A DNA stretch of 57,257 nt from an uncultured beta proteobacterium (GTDB taxonomy: Bacteria; Pseudomonadota; Gammaproteobacteria; Burkholderiales; Burkholderiaceae_B), in NCBI GenBank assembly GCA_903847325.1, contig CAINDJ010000477.1, forward strand, positions 1-57,257, read 5' to 3'. The position numbers were made by a program, and so were the translations under genes. The notes beneath the pieces were generated by a model that did no database searches, had not been told where the DNA came from, and saw nothing but the letters and a program-made list of their open reading frames with translations. This document shows positions 50,208-57,257 of this stretch, piece after piece (within the stretch, counting starts at the first letter, position 1; each line of letters starts with the position of its first letter).

Positions 50208-51053
50208 TTATTGTACGGGGGTTTGTGCCCACCATTTGTAGAAGTGATGAACGGGCCCATGTCCTTGCCCAACTTTCAGCGCATCTGCGTGCAAAATCGC
50301 CTGAATTAAGTATTCTTTTGCAAGCTTTGCCGCCTCAGGGACTGTTTCGGTTTGTGGCAACAGTGCCGCCAGCGCGGCTGAAAGCGTGCAACCGGTCCCA
50401 TGCGTGTTTTTTGTGGGAATCCGGTGACCAGGCAGCTCGATCATTTTGTCACCATCGTGCAGGAAGTCGATAGTCTCATTGCCAGGCAAGTGCCCGCCCT
50501 TAAGAAAAACCCAGCGATGCCCTGAATATGACATCAGGTTACGTAATCGTTCCGCCACGCTTCGCATTTCCCTCACGCGCTCAACCGGGCGTTGTTCAAG
50601 CAGCACGCCAGCCTCTGGAAGATTCGGTGTCAGGATGGTTGCTTGCGGCAGGAGTTGTTCGCGCAGCACGCCAACTGCCTTTTGCTCAAGCAGTAAATTA
50701 CCGCTTTTGGAGACCATAACCGGATCCAGTACAACGTGCTTAGGTAAAAAATGCGCCAGTCGGTCGGCGACCATTTCAATCACGCCTGTCTGGCCGAGCA
50801 TGCCGATTTTGACGGCATGAATCTCAACATCAGCAAATAAAGTATCGATTTGTTGTCTGACGAACTGAGGATTGACGGGTGAAATGTCGGAGACGGTCAG
50901 TGTATTTTGTGCCGTCAGCGCAGCCACCACCGCGCAGGCATAGCTGCCCAATGCGCTCATGGTTTTGACGTCCGCCAGGATACCGGCTCCTCCGGAGGGG
51001 TCCATGCCCGCGATTGTGAGGGTGTTTGGCACAGCCTGCGACAAGTCGCTCAT
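50208..51053 (-). CDS. thiD: Hydroxymethylpyrimidine/phosphomethylpyrimidine kinase
   Basis: [47 protein letters not shown]. Confidence 0.96.
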   Translation of the reverse strand: MSDLSQAVPNTLTIAGMDPSGGAGILADVKTMSALGSYACAVVAALTAQNTLTVSDISPVNPQFVRQQIDTLFADVEIHAVKIGMLGQTGVIEMVADRLAHFLPKHVVLDPVMVSKSGNLLLEQKAVGVLREQLLPQATILTPNLPEAGVLLEQRPVERVREMRSVAERLRNLMSYSGHRWVFLKGGHLPGNETIDFLHDGDKMIELPGHRIPTKNTHGTGCTLSAALAALLPQTETVPEAAKLAKEYLIQAILHADALKVGQGHGPVHHFYKWWAQTPVQ

Positions 51054-51859
51054 TTCGAACTGCTTGGTGTGATCAGACCGCTGGTCGGTGAGCTGGGGGC
51101 TGCCTGATAGGTCTTGCGTGGGACGCGCCCCGCCAGAAATGCTTCGCGACCGGCTTGAACGCCTTTTTTCATTGCGCTCGCCATCAGTACCGGATTTTGT
51201 GCTCCGGCGATTGCCGTATTCATCAGTACACCGTCACAACCGAGTTCCATGGCGATTGCTGCATCCGAGGCTGTGCCTACGCCTGCATCAACCAGTACCG
51301 GGACATGAGACTGATCGATGATAAGTTTGAGGTTCCATGGGTTAAGGATGCCCATGCCCGAGCCAATCAGCGAAGCCAGCGGCATGACCGCCACGCAACC
51401 AATATCTTCAAGCATGCGGCACTGTATGGGATCGTCCGTGCAATACACCATGACCTCAAAGCCATCCGCTACGAGCGTTTTAGCAGCTGCAAGTGTTTCG
51501 GGCATATTGGGGAACAGCGTATGCGGATCACCCAGCACCTCAAGCTTGACCAGTTGATGCCCATCCAGCAATTCGCGCGCGAGTCGCAACGTACGCACGG
51601 CATCATCAGCGGTGTAGCAGCCCGCGGTATTTGGCAGGTAGGTGAATTGCGCGGGCGGTAAGAACTCCAGCAAGCTGGGCTCGCTAGCATTCTGGCCAAT
51701 ATTGGTGCGTCGAATTGCCACAGTCACGATTTCCGCGCCGCTTTGGTCGATTGCCTCGCGGGTCTGTTTGAAATCTGCATACTTGCCGGTGCCTACCAGA
51801 AGTCTGGATTGGTAGGTTTTACCCGCGATGATCAAAGGGTCAAGCTGTGTCATGTTCAT
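51050..51859 (-). CDS. thiG: Thiazole synthase
   Basis: [43 protein letters not shown]. Confidence 0.97.
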   Translation of the reverse strand: MNMTQLDPLIIAGKTYQSRLLVGTGKYADFKQTREAIDQSGAEIVTVAIRRTNIGQNASEPSLLEFLPPAQFTYLPNTAGCYTADDAVRTLRLARELLDGHQLVKLEVLGDPHTLFPNMPETLAAAKTLVADGFEVMVYCTDDPIQCRMLEDIGCVAVMPLASLIGSGMGILNPWNLKLIIDQSHVPVLVDAGVGTASDAAIAMELGCDGVLMNTAIAGAQNPVLMASAMKKGVQAGREAFLAGRVPRKTYQAAPSSPTSGLITPSSSK

Positions 51860-51918
51860 TAAACCTTGAAAAATCCATGGAGCCGCTCATGCAAGGGGAC
51901 AATCAGTGAGCTGTTTGG

Positions 51919-52827
51919 TTATTTTCTGGAACGCTCAATGGCGTCGCAAAGTAGTCCCGCTGCATCAATCAGTCGGGGCCCTGGTCGGTACAGTACATCG
52001 GCATCCATCATGAATACCTGCCCGTCCCGCGCGGCGGCAAGCCCCGCAGAGCGCCAGTATGCCAGAGCCGCCGGATCGACCGCAGGTGCGGCGGCTGCCC
52101 CCGCACGTCCAACCAAAACGAAATCTGGCTTGGCTGCCAGCACAGTGGCTGCGCTCACTTGAGGGGTGATAGAGGCTGATTCGGCAAAAACATTTACTCC
52201 GCCACAAATTTCAATGACATCGGACAGCAAATGATCGCCACCCAGTGAGTATTGAGGCTCGGCCCCCGACTGTATAAATACCCGGACAGGGGGGCGCTGA
52301 GCACCACGGCTGGTATTGGTATGAGCCAGCATGTCCAGTGTCTGGCGCAACAGGTCAGCCCGCGGGCGGGCGATATGAGAGGTGCCCAGCAGCGTGCCAA
52401 AGTTCTCGACCGAGTCCGCGATCTCGGCGAGGGACTCGGGTGCGCTGACAAATAGCGGGATGTTGAGTGCCTCAAGAAGCTCAAGCTGCTCTGAAAGCCA
52501 GCCGATAATCAGATCAGGCTTGTAAGGGGTAATTTTCTGTGGATCGGGTTGGAGACCATCTCCGACACGTGGCAGTTTTTGGGCGTCAGCCGGGTAGTCG
52601 CTTGAGTTCACTGTTGCAACGATTTTATTGCCGCCGCCAGCAGCAAAGACGATTTCTGTAATTTGTGAGGATAAGGTGATCACCCGGCGTGCCGGCTCTT
52701 TGAGCAGGACAGCACGGCCGTTATCATCGATCAGCTCTATTTCTCCGGCGCGCACTTGTCCGCACCATGCCAACAGGAGGAATGCCCAGACGGGTAGAAA
52801 AAGAATGCACCGACGCAAAAAAAGCAT
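51919..52827 (-). CDS. Helical-backbone periplasmic binding protein, BtuF (cobalamin)-like
   Basis: DDNGRAV...PARRVITL..ITEIVFAAG, SDYP, CGGVNVFA, RPGPRL. Divergent from metH. Confidence 0.8.
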   Translation of the reverse strand: MLFLRRCILFLPVWAFLLLAWCGQVRAGEIELIDDNGRAVLLKEPARRVITLSSQITEIVFAAGGGNKIVATVNSSDYPADAQKLPRVGDGLQPDPQKITPYKPDLIIGWLSEQLELLEALNIPLFVSAPESLAEIADSVENFGTLLGTSHIARPRADLLRQTLDMLAHTNTSRGAQRPPVRVFIQSGAEPQYSLGGDHLLSDVIEICGGVNVFAESASITPQVSAATVLAAKPDFVLVGRAGAAAAPAVDPAALAYWRSAGLAAARDGQVFMMDADVLYRPGPRLIDAAGLLCDAIERSRK

Positions 52828-53056
52828 GAGATCGCTTAAAAGTCACCCGAATCTTGGGTCTCTGATGCTACATCCGACACGCACCGATGACAAACATAAT
52901 CGATGATGCATCGTGATGGGTTGAATGCAAATTGTAGGCCCTGTCCAACATATCAGCATTTGTCTCTACAGTAGGTCTGTTTTTGTTACCATGACGGGTT
53001 GGTTGAAGGCCCCATTTCGGGGGTCTCTCGCACCTTATTTCTGGCCGGTCCTCACT

Positions 53057-56000
53057 ATGTCTTATCCCAAACTGCCTTATCCCCTTGAAAGTTACACCCG
53101 CGGTGCGGAATTTGCGCGCCTGCTGGGCAAACGCATCATGATTCTGGATGGCGCGATGGGTACGATGATTCAGCGCTACAAACTTTCAGAGTCCGATTTT
53201 CGCGGTACACGGTTTGTTGAGCATGGCAAAGACGTCAAAGGCAATAACGAGTTGTTGTCCCTGACGCGCCCCGATGTGATTCGTGAAATCCACGAGCAGT
53301 ACCTCGAGGCGGGCTCCGATGTGATCGAGACCAACACGTTCGGTGCGACAACCATCGCTCAGGGTGACTACGATCTGCCCGAGCTCGCGTATGAACTCAA
53401 TCTCGAGTCGGCCAGAATTGCACGTGCCGCCTGCGACAAATTCAGTACGCCTGAGCGCCCGCGTTTTGTAGCAGGTGCGCTCGGCCCGCAGCCCAAGACT
53501 GCATCAATCTCTCCTGACGTGAATGACCCGGGTGCGCGTAATGTTACCTTTGATGCGTTGCGTATCGCCTATGCGGAGCAGTTAAATGGGCTGCTTGACG
53601 GCGGCATTGATCTGGTGCTCATCGAAACCATTTTCGATACCTTGAACGCCAAGGCTGCAATTTTCGCGGTCGAAGAGGTGTTCGATGCCCGCGGTGAGCG
53701 TTTGCCTGTGATGATCTCCGGCACCGTCACTGACGCGTCTGGCAGGATCCTTTCCGGTCAGACGGTCGAGGCATTCTGGAATTCCGTTCGTCATGCCCGT
53801 CCGATCACGATTGGCCTGAATTGCGCGTTAGGTGCCGCGTTGATGCGTCCCTACATAGCCGAATTGTCCAAAATCTGTGACACCTACGTGTGCGTGTATC
53901 CCAACGCCGGTTTACCTAACCCGATGAGTGACACCGGGTTTGACGAAACACCCGCCGATACGTCCGCACTGCTCGAAGAATTCGCCAAGTCCCGTCTGGT
54001 TAATATGGCCGGTGGCTGCTGTGGAACAACGCCAGACCATGTGCGCGCCATTGCAGAAAAAGTCTGCGCGCTGCCGATCCGCGTCGTGCCTGAGATCGAG
54101 GTCAAGACTCGTTTGTCCGGACTCGAGGCCTTGAATTTTGACGGCAGTTCCTTGTTTATCAACGTCGGTGAGCGCACTAACGTAACCGGCAGCAAAATGT
54201 TTGCCCGCCTGATACGCGAGGAAAAGTACGATGAGGCGATCGCAGTTGCACGGCAGCAAGTAGAAAGCGGCGCGCAGATTATTGACATCAACATGGATGA
54301 GGCCATGCTTGATTCATTGGCCTGTATGCATCGCTTCCTGAACTTGATCGCATCCGAGCCTGATATCGCACGCGTGCCCGTCATGATTGACAGCTCAAAA
54401 TGGTCGGTGATCGAGGCCGGGCTGAAATGCGTTCAGGGTAAGCCGATCGTCAACTCGATCTCGCTCAAAGAAGGTGAAGAACCTTTCCTCAAACAGGCCC
54501 GTCTGTGCCGCCGCTATGGCGCTGCTGCAGTGGTAATGGCCTTTGATGAGAAAGGCCAGGCTGACTCGTATGAACGCCGCCAGATTATTTGCTCGCGCGC
54601 CTACAAGCTCCTCATAGAGGTGGTTGGATTTCCTCCCGAAGACATTATTTTTGATCCCAATGTTTTTGCCATCGCAACGGGTATTGATGAGCACAATCAC
54701 TATGCGGTTGATTTTATCGAATCCACCAAATGGATTCGGGAGCACCTGCCGCACGCGCGTATTTCAGGTGGTGTCTCGAATGTGAGCTTTTCGTTCCGTG
54801 GCAATGAGCCGATGCGCGAGGCGATCCACACGGTGTTCCTGTATTACGCTATCCGCGAAGGCATGTCGATGGGCATTGTCAATGCCGGACAGCTTGGCGT
54901 GTATGCCGAGATTGATCCCGTGCTGCGTGATCTGGTTGAGGATGTTGTCCTCGATCGTGCCGAGCCTGTCGGACAAAAAGAAGCTGACGATTCGCGCACG
55001 CCGACTGAGCGTCTGGTGGCATTCGCCGATAGTGTCAAAGGCAGTGGCATCAAGCGCGAAGAAGATCTCGCCTGGCGCGCCCAGTCGGTTGAAAAACGAC
55101 TTTCCCATGCGATGGTGCATGGCCTGACAAACTTCATTGTCGAGGACACCGAAGAAATTCGCCAGCAGATCGCAGGTCGTGGTGGACGCCCGATTGAGGT
55201 CATTGAAGGTCCGCTGATGGACGGCATGAATATCGTTGGCGACTTGTTCGGTGAGGGCAAAATGTTCTTGCCGCAGGTTGTGAAATCGGCCCGCGTGATG
55301 AAACAAGCCGTTGGGCATCTTGTTCCATTTATTGAAGAAGAAAAGAAGCTCATTGCCGCAGCGGGCGGCGATGTGCGTGCGAAGGGCAAAATCCTGATCG
55401 CGACCGTCAAAGGCGACGTTCACGACATTGGTAAAAATATTGTGACCGTGGTGCTTCAGTGCAATAACTTCGAAGTCATCAACATGGGTGTGATGGTGCC
55501 GTGCGCTGAGATTCTCGCGCGGGCCAAAGCTGAAAACGTTGATATCGTCGGCTTGTCTGGATTGATTACACCGAGTCTCGAAGAAATGGCCTATGTGGCC
55601 AGCGAGATGCAGCGTGACGAGTATTTCCGCAGCCGTAAAATCCCCCTGATGATTGGAGGTGCGACCACCAGTCGCGTCCATACCGCGGTCAAGATCGCCC
55701 CACACTACGAAGGCCCTGTGATTTATGTTCCGGACGCAAGCCGTTCGGTAGGCGTCGCGCAGAACCTGGTCTCCGAGACAGCTAACACCTATCTCGAAGA
55801 GCTCATGGTTGAATACGAAGAAGTCCGTCGTCGTCACGCAGGTCGTAAAGCGACACCACTGATAGCGCTTGCGGATGCGCGCGCGGCCAAACCAGCGATT
55901 GATTGGTCCGCATACACACCACCTCGCCCAAAATTTATCGGGCGTCGCACCTTTAAGAATTTTGATCTGGCCGAGCTCTCGCGTTTTGTTGACTGGACAC

Positions 56001-56830
56001 CATTTTTCCAGACCTGGAGTTTGTTTGGACAGTATCCGGCGATTCTCGAAGACAAGGTGGTGGGCGAGCAGGCCAAAAAAGTATTCGCCGATGGTCAGGC
56101 AATGATGAAACGCATCGTTGATGGCCGCTGGTTGACCGCTAATGGCGTCTTGGCCTTCTATCCGGCCAACACGGTCAACGATGATGATATTGAAATTTAT
56201 CAGGATGAGACGCGTCAAAAGGTCTTGTTCACCTGGCGTGGTTTGCGCCAGCAGGGTGTCAAGCGCGAAGGCGTGGAGAATAAGTGCCTGGCCGATTACA
56301 TCGCACCGAAATCCTCGGGTGTTGTGGACTATATCGGGCTGTTTGCCGTCACCGCAGGTCTGGGTGTCGAGAAAAAAGAGCAGGAGTTCATGGCGGCGCA
56401 TGACGACTACTCGTCCATCATGTTCAAATCTCTCGCTGACCGCTTGGCAGAAGCCTTTGCCGAAGCACTGCACGCCCGTGTGCGGACCGACTTGTGGGGC
56501 TATGTCCCGGACGAGTCACTGACCAACGAGGAAATGATCAAGGAAGGCTACCAGGGTATTCGTCCCGCACCTGGCTACCCTGCGTGCCCCGAGCATGTGG
56601 TTAAAAAAGAAATGTTCGAAGTCCTCGATGGCGCTGATATCGGCATGCTACTGACCGAGAGCTATGCGATGCATCCGGCCGCCAGCGTGTCCGGTTTTTA
56701 CTTCAGTCATCCACAGTCGCATTATTTCAACGTTGGCACGATTGGTGAAGATCAGGTGCAAGACTATGTGGAGCGTACTGGCCGCAGTATCGAGGACGTC
56801 AAGCGTTCGCTGGCCCCTAATCTCGGTTAA
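53057..56830 (+). CDS. metH: Cobalamin-dependent methionine synthase (single full-length polypeptide)
   Basis: [39 protein letters not shown]12-binding motif, [10 protein letters not shown]. Start placed at MSYP. Confidence 0.98.
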   Translation: MSYPKLPYPLESYTRGAEFARLLGKRIMILDGAMGTMIQRYKLSESDFRGTRFVEHGKDVKGNNELLSLTRPDVIREIHEQYLEAGSDVIETNTFGATTIAQGDYDLPELAYELNLESARIARAACDKFSTPERPRFVAGALGPQPKTASISPDVNDPGARNVTFDALRIAYAEQLNGLLDGGIDLVLIETIFDTLNAKAAIFAVEEVFDARGERLPVMISGTVTDASGRILSGQTVEAFWNSVRHARPITIGLNCALGAALMRPYIAELSKICDTYVCVYPNAGLPNPMSDTGFDETPADTSALLEEFAKSRLVNMAGGCCGTTPDHVRAIAEKVCALPIRVVPEIEVKTRLSGLEALNFDGSSLFINVGERTNVTGSKMFARLIREEKYDEAIAVARQQVESGAQIIDINMDEAMLDSLACMHRFLNLIASEPDIARVPVMIDSSKWSVIEAGLKCVQGKPIVNSISLKEGEEPFLKQARLCRRYGAAAVVMAFDEKGQADSYERRQIICSRAYKLLIEVVGFPPEDIIFDPNVFAIATGIDEHNHYAVDFIESTKWIREHLPHARISGGVSNVSFSFRGNEPMREAIHTVFLYYAIREGMSMGIVNAGQLGVYAEIDPVLRDLVEDVVLDRAEPVGQKEADDSRTPTERLVAFADSVKGSGIKREEDLAWRAQSVEKRLSHAMVHGLTNFIVEDTEEIRQQIAGRGGRPIEVIEGPLMDGMNIVGDLFGEGKMFLPQVVKSARVMKQAVGHLVPFIEEEKKLIAAAGGDVRAKGKILIATVKGDVHDIGKNIVTVVLQCNNFEVINMGVMVPCAEILARAKAENVDIVGLSGLITPSLEEMAYVASEMQRDEYFRSRKIPLMIGGATTSRVHTAVKIAPHYEGPVIYVPDASRSVGVAQNLVSETANTYLEELMVEYEEVRRRHAGRKATPLIALADARAAKPAIDWSAYTPPRPKFIGRRTFKNFDLAELSRFVDWTPFFQTWSLFGQYPAILEDKVVGEQAKKVFADGQAMMKRIVDGRWLTANGVLAFYPANTVNDDDIEIYQDETRQKVLFTWRGLRQQGVKREGVENKCLADYIAPKSSGVVDYIGLFAVTAGLGVEKKEQEFMAAHDDYSSIMFKSLADRLAEAFAEALHARVRTDLWGYVPDESLTNEEMIKEGYQGIRPAPGYPACPEHVVKKEMFEVLDGADIGMLLTESYAMHPAASVSGFYFSHPQSHYFNVGTIGEDQVQDYVERTGRSIEDVKRSLAPNLG

Positions 56831-56839
56831 CTCGGTTAA
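56822..56839 (+). repeat. 9-bp tandem duplication CTCGGTTAA x2 covering the metH stop codon
   Basis: Read directly from the sequence. Confidence 0.7.
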
Positions 56840-56896
56840 GGGCGTGGTTTGAGTTAAGTGCTCCGATCAGGCTGCGTGCTGATCTGAGAGGGGCAC

Positions 56897-57256
56897 TTAC
56901 CAGGTGATACTTTCTATGCTGATTGCAGCGATAACCGCGACAATCAGCAAGGTGGTTTTTTTGTTCCGGCCAATCACGCCCTGCTGACTTTCAACATAGC
57001 GATACAGCAATGCGCCTGCGACTACTGATGTGAGCACTGCAGCCAGCATCCCAAGTGCATTAATGGCGATACCCGTTGGGAAAAGCCGATACCAGATCGC
57101 GTTGAAAGCGATGCAAACCCCATAGTGAATCAAAAAAATTGAATACGATCGATGCCCAAGCCAGGTGAGGACGCCAGCCTTTGGCCACTTTTCCAGCCAA
57201 CCGTTTTGACTGGCGATACTGACGAGAACCGCGGTCGCAAAAGCGACAATAATCGG
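56897..57256 (-). CDS. Acyltransferase-3 (OafA-like) membrane protein, C-terminal part; runs off the window
   Basis: Frame is open to the window edge and translates as ...TWLGHRSYSIFLIHYGV...LLYRYVE, matching the LG..SYS.YL.H and Y..VE signatures. Confidence 0.8.
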   Translation of the reverse strand, partial: PIIVAFATAVLVSIASQNGWLEKWPKAGVLTWLGHRSYSIFLIHYGVCIAFNAIWYRLFPTGIAINALGMLAAVLTSVVAGALLYRYVESQQGVIGRNKKTTLLIVAVIAAISIESITW

Positions 57257-57257
57257 G

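Noticed and set aside
52828-53056. Possible cobalamin, SAH or SAM riboswitch between the btuF-like gene and metH
   Set aside because: Only a small hairpin (GGCCCCATTTCGGGGTC) is visible. The conserved B12-box and SAH/SAM cores were not found by eye; an Rfam scan is needed.
54764-56473. 569-aa ORF antisense to metH
   Set aside because: It lies entirely within a highly conserved gene, in the codon-aligned antisense frame that often stays open in GC-rich genes, and shows no recognisable motifs.
6533-56899. Intergenic hairpins as a REP/MITE family
   Set aside because: The stems differ in sequence (only a 6-bp arm is shared by two of them) and no transposase gene is present.

Overview
This is a gene-dense core-genome segment of a betaproteobacterium, most likely Alcaligenaceae (Bordetella-like gene order, a Bug/TTT solute-binding protein, an NtrY/NtrX pair of the PlrSR type). 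It holds about 59 CDS. They cover envelope biogenesis and division (envC, ctpA, slmA, rlpA, BON protein, gmhA, kdsDC, lptCAB, rfaE2), the hpf-ptsN-hprK-rapZ locus with no rpoN in its usual place, housekeeping metabolism (gpsA, gpmA, argB, purT, apt, ilvA, metH, thiG, thiD), phoBR and the ubiE-Tim44-ubiJ-ubiB cluster. I recognised no rRNA, tRNA, CRISPR array, transposase, integrase, phage or defence gene, and no clearly novel system can be proven from sequence alone. The best candidates for a second look are a possible lactam/cyclic-imine catabolic module at 33573-41545 (large FAD/Fe-S oxidoreductase, imine-reductase-like protein, pxpBCA, VOC protein; two palindromes bracket the 37571-41495 part), a di-iron ferritin-like gene directly behind ubiB, a porin inserted into the argB-nucleotidase-slmA run, and several well-formed regulatory motifs. 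Family calls come from motif recognition and recalled synteny, not from database searches. Start codons were adjusted by eye where the ORF track looked over-extended.
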